Positions 1-8,903 of a stretch of 64,000 bases of DNA are shown piece by piece. A model generated the notes under the pieces. The model saw only the letters and a program-made list of their open reading frames with translations. It made no database searches and was not told the DNA's origin. The position numbers and the translations under genes were made by a program. Location: positions 1 to 64,000 of the IMG/VR virus record IMGVR_UViG_3300049298_000033; one strand, given 5' to 3'. Each line of letters begins with the position of its first letter. The stretch's first letter is position 1. This DNA is from a virus. Its lineage: Duplodnaviria > Caudoviricetes.

Positions 1-1473
1 TCATCTCGTGCTCCCTTCTATGTTGTCGAGCAGCATCTGAAGCAACGGTACGGGCGACGTCGGACAGATGTCCCGCCGTGCACCGAGTGCTCCCAACCAT
101 CGACGCTCCAACGCGTCCATCAGTTCCGCCCGCATCGTGTCGGACACGTGCGTGTACCGGCCACCCATGCCCGGCTCCCGGTGCCCCATGCGTTCACGCT
201 GCAGGATCCTAGGTATCCGGTCTTCTTCCATCCAGGTGTTGTGGCCATGCCGCAGCCCGTGCGGGACGATGCCTTTCTTCACCGGCAGCCACGACGCGAG
301 CGGTATTCCCTCAGGGATCCGAGCGCGGCCCTTGCCCTGCCCGACGGCCGGGGGAGTGTAGGGAAGGCCGGGTTCGGCCATCGGCCACGCCTGCAGGATG
401 CGGCCCGGCCAGGGGTGCGGGTCGACCAGCACCGGCCTCGCTGGCACCTCAGCGTCCCCGCGTTTCCGCGCCGGGTAGATGCCGTCCCAGGCGGGATGCC
501 AGAACCGGCGCGCGTAGTTACTTCGACGGAAGTGTCCACCACTTGGGCCGAGGAACACCCAACCGGAGCCGCCACAGTCCCGTCCGCGGTCCTCGCACTC
601 ACACCGCCCGTTATGGGAGTCCACAACGCCTTGGAGGAGGTCGTGGAGGAACGGGGGCAGGTCGACCCGTGAGACGCCGTCGTCGGGGTCGTGGGTGCGG
701 TAGGAGTCGCTTTTGAGCGGCTCGCGGAGGAGCCTCCCCGCGACCTCGGGCAGTTGCCAGTCGAGCTCGTAGAACTCCTTGCGCAGGAACTCGCGTTGCA
801 TGCCTTGGACTTCCGCCCACCGCATCCCCGTCCACCCGAAGGTCACGACCATCACAAAATCCAGGGTCCGGCCGGACAGCACCGATGCCCGCTCCGCGGC
901 GAGAACCACCTCGAGCGGTGTCGGCCACTTCTTCGCTGCGCGACCGCGCTTCACCCGGCCTGAGCGGCGCCCGCGGGCTCGAGGTGGTCGGGCGGCAGGG
1001 TTGGTCTTCAGGCCCGTGTTCGGGTCGAGAGCGGCGTCCCCGAGGATCGTGAACAGCAGGCTCCGCGCCGCAGCGGCGGTAGCTACGGCATAGTCCTTCT
1101 TGATGCCGTTCTCCCACGCGACGATCTCCAGTGTGGTGAGCGTGTCCAGGAACCGGTTCCCGAACTCTGGCAGGATGAACGCTTCGATGTACCACTGATA
1201 GTTACTGGTGGTGTTCCGGGACAGGTCCTGCGCCGGCCACCACATGTTGACCCATGTGTTCAACGTCATACCTCCAGGAGCGGCTGGTTCGACGGGAGCA
1301 GCCTGGCCGAGTTGCTCCCAGCCATACTTCTCGGCGGCAACCTTGTCCGCGAACGGCATGCCGTCGTTGTCGCGCGTAGCTGAGCGCAGGTCGCCGTTCG
1401 CGTCAGGCCAGCGGACACGCCAGCGGTCGCCTCGTTTCTCCACGAAGGGCCGCTTACGGTTAGGGGAAGCCAT
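1..1473 (-). CDS. int: Tyrosine integrase
   Basis: TGMRWAEV (Arg), HGLRH, MGH and RYTH catalytic motifs; arm-binding-like N-terminus EKRGDRWRVRW. Confidence 0.95.
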   Translation of the reverse strand: MASPNRKRPFVEKRGDRWRVRWPDANGDLRSATRDNDGMPFADKVAAEKYGWEQLGQAAPVEPAAPGGMTLNTWVNMWWPAQDLSRNTTSNYQWYIEAFILPEFGNRFLDTLTTLEIVAWENGIKKDYAVATAAAARSLLFTILGDAALDPNTGLKTNPAARPPRARGRRSGRVKRGRAAKKWPTPLEVVLAAERASVLSGRTLDFVMVVTFGWTGMRWAEVQGMQREFLRKEFYELDWQLPEVAGRLLREPLKSDSYRTHDPDDGVSRVDLPPFLHDLLQGVVDSHNGRCECEDRGRDCGGSGWVFLGPSGGHFRRSNYARRFWHPAWDGIYPARKRGDAEVPARPVLVDPHPWPGRILQAWPMAEPGLPYTPPAVGQGKGRARIPEGIPLASWLPVKKGIVPHGLRHGHNTWMEEDRIPRILQRERMGHREPGMGGRYTHVSDTMRAELMDALERRWLGALGARRDICPTSPVPLLQMLLDNIEGSTR

Positions 1474-1482
1474 GCGCAGAGG

Positions 1483-2202
1483 TTACGGCCGGGACGCGGC
1501 AGTCGGCTTGCTTCCGAGGCGTACCTCCACCCGGAGGTGCGGAGAAATACGCACACTTGCGTGCAGGACCGGCGGCAGGTCGGCTCGCAGGAAAGGCCGT
1601 GACCGCTCTGGCGGGACACTGGGCAGCGCCGGCGGTTTCGGTAGGCGCAGCGGTGCTGGAATCGGGGCGGTGTCTTCCACGGGTACCGTGTGCGCGACCG
1701 GATACCTCGGTATTGACGGGAGATGCAACACTGGGACGACTGGCAGGGACCGATCCGGTGGCTCGGGTCCCGCTGGTCCTGGTTTTGTGGGCGCCTTGCT
1801 GTGCGGTGTCTGCCGCGGTCTCTGCGAGGACTCCGGTGGAGCAGGCGGCCGGGCTGGCGCAGCCGCTTGCGAATGCCGCGCATGCGACTGGTCGTCATGT
1901 CGCAGGGCGGCAGGAAGAACGGCCGCGGCGGCAACACCGCCCACGAGCACGCCGCTCCCGACCGCGATCGCTGTGGCCGCCTTGTGTCGGCTGACGGCGT
2001 GCCCCCAGCCGGCAGGGAGAAGCGCGATGAGCCTGCGGCGTCGATGCTCCTCGGTGATGCCGTGCTCGAGCTTCGCCTGGGTGATGTACCGCTGCCGCGT
2101 CAGGTCGTCGAGGTCGATGGCGAGGAGGATCACGAGGGCATCGCCGGCGGCGAACCAGGCCGCGACGACGCCGTTGCGGGCTTCACGGATGACGACCTTC
2201 AC
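1483..2202 (-). CDS. Membrane-anchored Pro-rich protein
   Basis: GTG start overlaps upstream stop (GTGA); TM segment AATAIAVGSGVLVGGVAAAAVLPAAL; Pro-rich tail; ends 9 nt before int. Confidence 0.6.
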   Translation of the reverse strand: MKVVIREARNGVVAAWFAAGDALVILLAIDLDDLTRQRYITQAKLEHGITEEHRRRRLIALLPAGWGHAVSRHKAATAIAVGSGVLVGGVAAAAVLPAALRHDDQSHARHSQAAAPARPPAPPESSQRPRQTPHSKAPTKPGPAGPEPPDRSLPVVPVLHLPSIPRYPVAHTVPVEDTAPIPAPLRLPKPPALPSVPPERSRPFLRADLPPVLHASVRISPHLRVEVRLGSKPTAASRP

Positions 2203-2612
2203 TGCGCCCCCCGCTCGCTGCGCGCGCTGGTCTTCACCTCGTCCCACGCGTCGTCCGCGTCGGCGCCGGGGCGGAGGATCGCAACGACTCCGTAGCGGTC
2301 GAGGTCGACGCGCTGGTCGCCCCCGCTGGGGTCGGCGTTGACGGCGCGGCCGATCGCAGGGGGACAGGGTGTGTCGTCGGCAGGGGTTTCGGGCGGCGGC
2401 ATCGCGCCGAGAAGATCCGTGAAGGACCGGCTCGCGATGGCCCTGGTGAACCCCGTGTCGTGTTTGATGTCAATTGTGGATGCCTCGACAAGCCTCTCCA
2501 GGGCTGCCATGCGACGTTTGAGCTCGTCATGGCGTGCGTCGAAGTGGGTCGTCAGGTATTCGGTGACACGTTTGACGATCAGGTCCACCACTTCAGCGTC
2601 GATCTCTTCCAA
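2199..2612 (-). CDS. Hypothetical protein
   Basis: TTG start with GGAG RBS; coiled-coil-like HDELKRRMAALERLVE; coupled to next gene. Confidence 0.55.
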   Translation of the reverse strand: MEEIDAEVVDLIVKRVTEYLTTHFDARHDELKRRMAALERLVEASTIDIKHDTGFTRAIASRSFTDLLGAMPPPETPADDTPCPPAIGRAVNADPSGGDQRVDLDRYGVVAILRPGADADDAWDEVKTSARSERGAQ

Positions 2613-2854
2613 CCCAGCGTCTCCTGCCACATCGTTGCGTGGACGCGACTTGCCCCCCAGGCACACGTTTGACGATCTCACGTACCGCCGGGTTTGCACC
2701 ATGCTCTTGGATTGATCGTCAGTAAGCTATCTAGTCAGATAGCCGCAGGTAGGCCGATTGGGCGGCAGAAACCACCACAATCCCGGGCATTCCGAAATAC
2801 GTTCCCGCCGCTACTGACCGGAGTCGGACACTTCCGACGTGGCGGATGGACGCA

Positions 2855-3283
2855 CTACACGGCGCGGTCATCGACCATCTCAACGGCGAACCGGTCTGCC
2901 GGCAGAAGCTCTCGATGACCCTCGTGCTCGACGACCAGCAGCGGGGTTCCCTCGGGCAAGCCGAACTGCTGCCGTTCCTCTTCTGTCGGCATCCGGGCCG
3001 TGACTCGCGCACCCGAATGAACCGCTACCACGGCAGGCTCTCCCTGGGCGCGTACCCGGGACGGTTTCCCCCGCTCGGTCTCAATGAGCCCCTCCCCGCG
3101 GAGGACGGCAAGTGCGTCACGAACGGCATCGATGCCGAGTTCGTAGTCGTCAGCGAGTCGCCTCTCCGGGGGAAGGGTAATGCCAGGCTGGAGATTGCCG
3201 CTGCGTATGGCATCGCGGAGTATGTCCGCTAGTTGCCTGTACCGCGGCCGTCCGCTGTACGGGTCGATACGCCTGCGCGCCAT
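2855..3283 (-). CDS. GntR-family transcriptional regulator
   Basis: PRYRQLADILRDAIRSG..LPPERRLADDY..VRDALAVLRGEGLI winged HTH; short C-terminal domain. Confidence 0.9.
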   Translation of the reverse strand: MARRRIDPYSGRPRYRQLADILRDAIRSGNLQPGITLPPERRLADDYELGIDAVRDALAVLRGEGLIETERGKPSRVRAQGEPAVVAVHSGARVTARMPTEEERQQFGLPEGTPLLVVEHEGHRELLPADRFAVEMVDDRAV

Positions 3284-3323
3284 GGTCGGCAACGCTAAAG
3301 GTGATGATGATCTTGTGGCCCAT

Positions 3324-3337
3324 TGGCCATATGGCCA
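3324..3337. promoter_or_regulatory. Palindromic operator candidate upstream of the GntR gene
   Basis: Perfect 14-bp palindrome TGGCCATATGGCCA about 40 bp upstream of the start, flanked by extra TGGCC half sites. Confidence 0.5.
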
Positions 3338-3449
3338 TAAGTTGGCCCCGATGAGCTGCGGGTTTACCAGGGTGTTGTGAAGCTGGTATGTCCGCGGCCG
3401 GGCGGCCAGGCTTATCCTGTTGGTGCACAGGACCATCGCTCATCACGGC

Positions 3450-3484
3450 AAAACCCCCGGTGCCGGTCGGTCGGCTACCGGGGG
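3450..3484 (-). terminator. Intrinsic terminator after XRE/mini-DUF397
   Basis: Minus-strand CCCCCGGT(A)GCCG..CGGCACCGGGGG stem followed by TTTT. Confidence 0.7.
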
Positions 3485-3507
3485 CTCGTCGCGCTAGGCG
3501 GTCGATA

Positions 3508-3609
3508 CTAGGCGTCGCGCCCAGTCTCGACCTTTTGGACCTCGACACAGTCACCTTGCGAGTTGTCACTCCAGGTCGACTTGCGCCACTTCCTCGGGTC
3601 TGTCTGCAC
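3508..3609 (-). CDS. Mini (half) DUF397 peptide, 33 aa
   Basis: MQTDPRKWRKSTWSDNSQGDCVEVQKVETGRDA; WRKS..S....CVEV signature; GAGG RBS; directly after XRE-DUF5753; below ORF-track cutoff. Confidence 0.75.
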   Translation of the reverse strand: MQTDPRKWRKSTWSDNSQGDCVEVQKVETGRDA

Positions 3610-3616
3610 AGGATCC

Positions 3617-4453
3617 TCACTTTCGTGTCAGCTCGGCGCACCTCCTGGCCGAGTCGTCTGGCGTTAGGGCCGCCGTTGCCAAGCGGTCCCAAACATTGTT
3701 CAGCCTGCGAAGGTCCAACGCACCTTCGAGGTAGACGTCTCCTTCTTGGCCTGCCGTGAACGCCACCTGCGGGGAGGCGTCCACCGCGAAGTCCATGATC
3801 TCGAACCCGCCTTTCAGGGCAGCATGCGCTCCGATGTCCAGTGGGATGATCTGGACAGTAACGCCCGGTCGCTGCCCCAACTCCCACAACGCCGATATCT
3901 GATCGTTTAGCACCTTGGTGCCACCGACAGGGCGCATCAGGGCGGCTTCATCGACGATGAAGTGGACGCTCGGGGCGTCCGCACGCAAATACACGGCGTC
4001 CTGCCGTGCCATCCGGGCGCGGAGGCGCTTCTCGATCGCCTCCGTACTGTCCTCGGGGCGGGCGATCTCGATGAGCGTCCGTGCGTATTCCGAGGTCTGA
4101 GCCAGCCCGGGAACGATGTTCATCTCGAAACTGCGGATCTTCCTCGCTGAAAGCTCCAGGGCGGGGAGGGGCCCGTTGAACACGTCACCGAAGCCAATCC
4201 ACCATCCACGCCGCCCGGCTTTTGCCTCATCGCGGAGATCTTTGAGCGCTCCCCTGTCCTCGGCGCTCGCGTCATAGAGGTCCATAGCGGCGAGGAGATC
4301 CCCGAGTCTGGGGATTGTCGTTCCAGTCTCGGTGCGATCAAGCTTGCGTCGATCCCAGCCGAGCTGGACGCAGGCTTCGTCGGGTTTGAGGCCGGCGTTC
4401 ACGCGTAGTGCGCGGAGCTTCCCGCCGAGCTCGATCGAGCGGATGGTCTTCAT
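3617..4453 (-). CDS. XRE HTH + DUF5753 regulator (WhiJ/Scr1-like)
   Basis: LGGKLRALRVNAGL HTH; GWW; IVPGLAQTSEYA; RMARQ; VDEAALMRPVGG; VTVQIIP. Confidence 0.92.
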   Translation of the reverse strand: MKTIRSIELGGKLRALRVNAGLKPDEACVQLGWDRRKLDRTETGTTIPRLGDLLAAMDLYDASAEDRGALKDLRDEAKAGRRGWWIGFGDVFNGPLPALELSARKIRSFEMNIVPGLAQTSEYARTLIEIARPEDSTEAIEKRLRARMARQDAVYLRADAPSVHFIVDEAALMRPVGGTKVLNDQISALWELGQRPGVTVQIIPLDIGAHAALKGGFEIMDFAVDASPQVAFTAGQEGDVYLEGALDLRRLNNVWDRLATAALTPDDSARRCAELTRK

Positions 4454-4495
4454 GCGGCCTAGTGTCCCTCCCTGGGGCGCCAGTGACCACCGTGT

Positions 4496-4539
4496 GACAG
4501 ATCCCGAGAAAAATCTGTCTTAGTCATTGCGCAAGTGAC
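4496..4539. promoter_or_regulatory. Divergent promoter region with two inverted repeats
   Basis: GACAGAT-N10-ATCTGTC and GTCA-TTGCGCAA-GTGAC. Confidence 0.45.
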
Positions 4540-4592
4540 GTAGACATGTACAGACTGCTGTCAAGCACAAGTCGCTGACTGGGAGTCACGGT

Positions 4593-4850
4593 ATGGGATC
4601 CGCCGAGGTCGTTCAAGGCTCCACCGACGCGCCCGACCTTGAGAGCATTAAGGTCCCGGGCTGGTATTTCTGGTCAAGCGACGCCGGTTCCCCCTACGCC
4701 ACGCGAACTCCTGCCGTCCTCACTCCCGAGCAGGAGCGGGCGGGCTGCGAGATGACCATCGCTGGCGACAACACCGAGGACCTCCTCGCGAAGATCGCCG
4801 CACAACCCGACAGCCAGGCCGCCGCTGTTGATGCGAATGTGGGGGCCTGA
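4593..4850 (+). CDS. Small actinomycete protein divergent from XRE
   Basis: GGGAG RBS; PGWYFWSSDAG..YATR..AGCEMTI pattern. Confidence 0.7.
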   Translation: MGSAEVVQGSTDAPDLESIKVPGWYFWSSDAGSPYATRTPAVLTPEQERAGCEMTIAGDNTEDLLAKIAAQPDSQAAAVDANVGA

Positions 4851-5039
4851 CTCATGAGCTGGGATCGCTGGACGCGGGAGGACCATCACGGTTGCCCGGC
4901 GATCCCTCTACGAGTGCGGCGGCATGCTGAGACGCTCCGGCCGGCCAAAGAGCTGGTCTCCTGCCGCTGCACGCTGCCACCCCGCACGGTCCGGACGCGA
5001 TCTGCCCCCCAGGCGATCATGTCTTGGGCCGTGCGGGGC

Positions 5040-5573
5040 TCATGCTTTACGGCGACTCGGCGGGGACTGGGCTGCCCGGCGCGCATCAAGGCCGCGCAGC
5101 AGCAGCACCGCACCAGCGACCTCCGCGGGTTCGTACCGCATGTCTCGCAGCATCGCCACGGTCGCTCGCTCGTGAGCAGTCAGATCGCCGAGGCTGGCGA
5201 CCGCTTCTTCCATGGTGACTTGGGTGTCGACGGTGACGTCGACGTGGACATGTCGTTCGTCGTATCGCTCGACTTGGACACCTTGCGCCGAAGTTTCCGT
5301 GACTGGTTCTTCTGGTTCCAGGTCGCCGTCGTCAAGGATGCGCTGGATGTTGCCTGACCGTAGCCGGTAGGCGCCCTCCAGGTGGCTGATCATCGGCTGG
5401 CTGAAGTTTGCGCGCCGCGCCCCCTCTATGTCCGAGACGACGCGGTAGTCGGTGCGCGTCTCGTCGCAGAAGGTTCGACGGTTTCGGTAGCGGTGGTCGA
5501 TGTCGACGCGCCGCTTGATCAGCAGTTCGCCTAGTCGGCGCCAGGGTGGGTCCGGATCGGGCCGGGGAGCCAT
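5040..5573 (-). CDS. Immunity repressor (XRE-like HTH)
   Basis: WRRLGELLIKRR..YRVVSDIEGARRANFS; GGAGGAG RBS; divergent from Cro-like gene. Confidence 0.75.
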   Translation of the reverse strand: MAPRPDPDPPWRRLGELLIKRRVDIDHRYRNRRTFCDETRTDYRVVSDIEGARRANFSQPMISHLEGAYRLRSGNIQRILDDGDLEPEEPVTETSAQGVQVERYDERHVHVDVTVDTQVTMEEAVASLGDLTAHERATVAMLRDMRYEPAEVAGAVLLLRGLDARRAAQSPPSRRKA

Positions 5574-5613
5574 GTCTCCTCCAGGGAAGTCAAGTGTAGT
5601 TTGCTGGACTCAC

Positions 5614-5766
5614 TAGGACTGGTCAACCCACCTTAGGACGGTGAGTCACCGCAGGTCGTAGCGGTGTGGCTGTCAGGTAAGAGTTGACTTGTCAGTCCTA
5701 TTGGGTCTGCCCTGTAGGAAATTGAGTCCTGGAAGTGGCTAGACAACTAGGACTGAGAGTCCTAGT
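5614..5766. promoter_or_regulatory. Repressor/Cro operator array, consensus TAGGACT-N3-AGTCCTA
   Basis: ACTAGGACT-GAG-AGTCCTAGT at 5746-5766; degenerate copies at 5715-5731 and 5634-5650; half sites at 5614 and 5694. Confidence 0.75.
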
Positions 5767-5774
5767 CTCGTCTC

Positions 5775-6026
5775 ATGCCCCCAACGCAGACCGTCCCCTA
5801 CGACGGAAAAAAGATCCGCGAACTGCGGGAGCGCAAGGGCCTGAGCATCAAAGAACTCGCCGATGCCATCGGCCGCCACCCCGAGTCCATCCGGAACCTC
5901 GAAAACCCGAACAAGGACAAGCCCGCGTCCCGCGTGATGCTTGCCTGGATCGCTAAGGCGCTCGACGCCGACCTGGACGACTTCGCCCCCGACGAACTTG
6001 CTGATGGCAAGCGGCAGGCGTCATGA
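5775..6026 (+). CDS. Cro-like XRE HTH protein
   Basis: KIRELRERKGLSIKELADAIG..SIRNLEN. Confidence 0.88.
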   Translation: MPPTQTVPYDGKKIRELRERKGLSIKELADAIGRHPESIRNLENPNKDKPASRVMLAWIAKALDADLDDFAPDELADGKRQAS

Positions 6027-6376
6027 CCGTCGAACTCCCGCCACTCCCGCTTGGGCCGCCGATCCCCGAGGTCGTCTACAGCCCGGAAGAGGCACTCGCC
6101 TGGCTTCGAACCACCACCGCTGGCGCGCTTCGGAAGTCCGCGCAGCTCGGCCGCATCCCACACACCCGGGTGGGCCGCAGCCGGGAGATCGGCCTCAGCG
6201 GCAAGAACATCCTGGAGATCCTCGCCGCCGGTGAACGCGAGGTAGATGCCACATCCCGCGCTGGGACTCGTCGCAGCAGCCCGCGTCCGCGCGCTGCGCA
6301 GTCGAACGTCACTCAGTTCCTGAAGGCCGAGCCTGGCCGTGCTCGTAAGGCGCACCGCGGCAGGAAGTCGGCCTGA
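6023..6376 (+). CDS. Excisionase-like HTH protein
   Basis: YSPEEALAWL..LRKSAQLGRIPHTRVGR; position after Cro. Confidence 0.7.
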   Translation: MTVELPPLPLGPPIPEVVYSPEEALAWLRTTTAGALRKSAQLGRIPHTRVGRSREIGLSGKNILEILAAGEREVDATSRAGTRRSSPRPRAAQSNVTQFLKAEPGRARKAHRGRKSA

Positions 6377-6385
6377 CAAGACAAA

Positions 6386-6445
6386 TGGCCCCGGAGGCAC
6401 CCGGGGCCAATCCACGAGACACAAGCAAAGGAGCGGGATCTCGTG
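6386..6445 (+). promoter_or_regulatory. Two hairpins, the second pairing over a start codon
   Basis: TGGCCCCGG/CCGGGGCCA; CACGAGA/TCTCGTG with the AAAGGAG RBS in the loop. Confidence 0.4.
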
Positions 6446-6589
6446 AACGACACCAAAGGTATCAGCGCCCCGGACCCCCGCCCGGTGGACAGCCGACACA
6501 GCCTGCCGCATGACGTGACCCAGCGCTCCTCGCAGAGCGCGGAGCTGTCCGTCATCGCCAGGCTCGGATTCAAAGAGGGGGAGCAGTGA
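6443..6589 (+). CDS. Small hypothetical protein (48 aa)
   Basis: AAAGGAG RBS, GTG start, GTGA coupling to next gene. Confidence 0.5.
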   Translation: MNDTKGISAPDPRPVDSRHSLPHDVTQRSSQSAELSVIARLGFKEGEQ

Positions 6590-6987
6590 CCGACACCGCG
6601 ACCACCACTCACCTGTGGGACGCCTTGCACCCGTACTACTGCAACGAGGGCAACTACTACGTCGGCGGCGACCGCTACAGCGACGTCCACACCGAGTACG
6701 CCTCGTGGGCGGAGTTCGTCGGCGAGTGGGGCGACACCGACCCGGACATGAACCTCGTCTTCCGCTGGGACTGGAAGCGAGACGACGGCGAGTACCTCGA
6801 AGAGGGCGAGGAACCGGAGCCGGACAAGCTCTGGGTCTACTGGGTCCTCCAGCGCAAGGCCATCCTCCGGTCCACCGAGTGCATCGTCACCGAGGCCGAC
6901 GAGCCTGCCGTGCGGCAGTGGCTGGCCGAGCGCGCGAAGACCATCGCCGCGATCTGGTCGCCGATCGAACTTGCAGGCGGTGCGTGA
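6586..6987 (+). CDS. Phage hypothetical protein (acidic, Trp-rich)
   Basis: HLWDALHPYYCNEGNYY..NLVFRWDW; GGGGAG RBS. Confidence 0.75.
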   Translation: MTDTATTTHLWDALHPYYCNEGNYYVGGDRYSDVHTEYASWAEFVGEWGDTDPDMNLVFRWDWKRDDGEYLEEGEEPEPDKLWVYWVLQRKAILRSTECIVTEADEPAVRQWLAERAKTIAAIWSPIELAGGA

Positions 6988-7265
6988 TGCCTGAGATCAG
7001 CCCCGATCTGTCCGAGTGGAGCCGCTGCATCTCCGTCCACTGGTCGCTCCCGGTCCAGTGCGTCCTGCCGTGCACCCACCGCGAGAACTGGCACGAAGCA
7101 TGGCATCCGACGACCGGCAATCGCCTCCGCTACCGCCGCGCCTTCGGCATCTACGCCACGGAGGAACTGCGCAACGACGAATGGACCGCGCTGTTCATCC
7201 CACCGCCCATCGAGATCTGCGGGGAGCTTTACGGATCCAAGGCGGGCGTGGGTGGTGCAGCATGA
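6987..7265 (+). CDS. Hypothetical protein
   Basis: TGATG coupling; Cys/His-rich N-terminus. Confidence 0.55.
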   Translation: MPEISPDLSEWSRCISVHWSLPVQCVLPCTHRENWHEAWHPTTGNRLRYRRAFGIYATEELRNDEWTALFIPPPIEICGELYGSKAGVGGAA

Positions 7266-7744
7266 CCGCCCTCGTGTCGCTTCCGGTCCTGGACGCTCCG
7301 CTGCCACGCATGGTGTGCCCGTCCCAGCTCGACCTCGGGGACCTGGTCCGCCTCAAGTCGGAGCCGCTTCCCGTCGTCCTCGTCGGCAGTGAACTCATCG
7401 ACGTGCACAGCGTGTGGTCGTGGGTCTCGCAGATCACCACCTCCGCCGGCCTCGCCGTGATCGAAGGCTCAGGGGTGCATGACGCGGGGGAGCGGATCGA
7501 GTTGCTCGCCCGCGGCGAGTCGGTGCGTGCCGACCAGGTCCGTGACGGAGACCTGTTGGTGTTGGAGAACCGGACGAGCCTTTGGGGTGTCGTCGCCAGC
7601 ACTCCGCGTTTGAACGCCCGCGGGATCTTCGACATCGCGTGGCGTGCGGGATCGCTGCCGTCTGGTGCGCCTGCGACGCGTGGCTGGCTGCAGCGGGAGC
7701 CGCACCAGATGGTGCGCCGCGCCCCCAGGGCGAGTGCCCGATGA
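7262..7744 (+). CDS. Hypothetical protein
   Basis: ATGA coupling at both ends; two similar beta-rich segments (LDLGDLV / VRDGDLL). Confidence 0.6.
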   Translation: MTALVSLPVLDAPLPRMVCPSQLDLGDLVRLKSEPLPVVLVGSELIDVHSVWSWVSQITTSAGLAVIEGSGVHDAGERIELLARGESVRADQVRDGDLLVLENRTSLWGVVASTPRLNARGIFDIAWRAGSLPSGAPATRGWLQREPHQMVRRAPRASAR

Positions 7745-8094
7745 CTGCGCTCGTTGACCACTCCCGCGACCACGACCTCACCGTCCAGGGAAACCAGGCC
7801 GCCCGCTCCCGCGCTCTCACGCACCTGCTGGAGATCCCCGGCCTGCCGACCGTTTCCCTCTGGTCGATCGACGCCGCCCTCAACTACCTGTACGGCATGG
7901 TCCTGCCCGCCTCCGGCCAGAGCCCGGACAAGCAGCGGCAGACGGTCAAGGCATGGGCCGCTCACCTGCACATCGACGTCGAGGAAACCACTGTCGCCGA
8001 CGTCGTCACGGTCGCCGCCGATGGCCCCTGCGAGTGGGGCGTCCGTGTCCGCATCTACGCGCAGATCCCCGCCGCGATCAAGGAGGCAGCGTGA
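7741..8094 (+). CDS. Hypothetical protein
   Basis: Coupled ORF ending KEAA, which carries the next RBS. Confidence 0.6.
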   Translation: MTALVDHSRDHDLTVQGNQAARSRALTHLLEIPGLPTVSLWSIDAALNYLYGMVLPASGQSPDKQRQTVKAWAAHLHIDVEETTVADVVTVAADGPCEWGVRVRIYAQIPAAIKEAA

Positions 8095-8903
8095 TCGCCC
8101 GCATGTTCGCCAGGAACACCCTCCCGCCGTTCACCGAAGTCGACCACCGTCTCGTCTGCGAAACCCCCGGTTGTGAACGCGAGTATCTCCCGCCGAACGG
8201 CTGGGCGGAGAACTACCCCCACGACCTGTCCGCGACGATCCGGGAGACGGCCGGCGCCCGCGAGGGCTGGTCGGTAGACGAGTACGGGCAGGACCGTTGC
8301 CCCGACCACGGCACCAGGCGGGAGCCGTACAGCGCCTACCCGGCCGGGCACCCGCTCGCCCGCGAGGACGCCGAAGCCCGCGAGGTCGTGGAGGACGCCG
8401 AGCCTGCTCCTGCCGCCGTGGCGTGCCCGGACGGAATCAACGTCCAGGACGTGACCGAAGCCGTCGAACCCTTCGTTACCGCCTACGAACAGGCGGTCGC
8501 CGATGAGGAAGCCAGGAAGGTACGCCTCGAGGCTGGCGTCCTCCGCCTGACACCGCACACCGGCAAGCATCGCGGTACGCCAAAGCGTGAGGACGAAACA
8601 ACCCCTCCGCCGGCCAAACACGGGAGGCCCGGGCAGGAGCAGCCCGCCGAGCAGAGCCAGCAGCCGACGGGGCATGTCTCGCTCCTGGTGCGGCTCGGTC
8701 TCGTCTCTCGCGAACCGCTCGTCATCGACGGCGACATCGACACCACCAGCGAGGACACGGACGAGTGGCTGAAGCCGTTCGGCCGCGGCGACACGCGGGC
8801 TACCTGGCAGATGCGGTCGTCGTGGATACGCCGCGGGTGGCTGCGGAAGCGCCGCGAGAAGACGACAGCAGACGACACCACCCCCAGGGGGATGGCGGCA
8901 TGA
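8091..8903 (+). CDS. Hypothetical protein with possible Zn-binding N-terminus
   Basis: CETPGC..GW..DRCPDH. Confidence 0.6.
   Translation: MIARMFARNTLPPFTEVDHRLVCETPGCEREYLPPNGWAENYPHDLSATIRETAGAREGWSVDEYGQDRCPDHGTRREPYSAYPAGHPLAREDAEAREVVEDAEPAPAAVACPDGINVQDVTEAVEPFVTAYEQAVADEEARKVRLEAGVLRLTPHTGKHRGTPKREDETTPPPAKHGRPGQEQPAEQSQQPTGHVSLLVRLGLVSREPLVIDGDIDTTSEDTDEWLKPFGRGDTRATWQMRSSWIRRGWLRKRREKTTADDTTPRGMAA

Noticed and set aside
1-60. att site
   Set aside because: The window begins at the integrase stop codon; att core and host junctions are not visible
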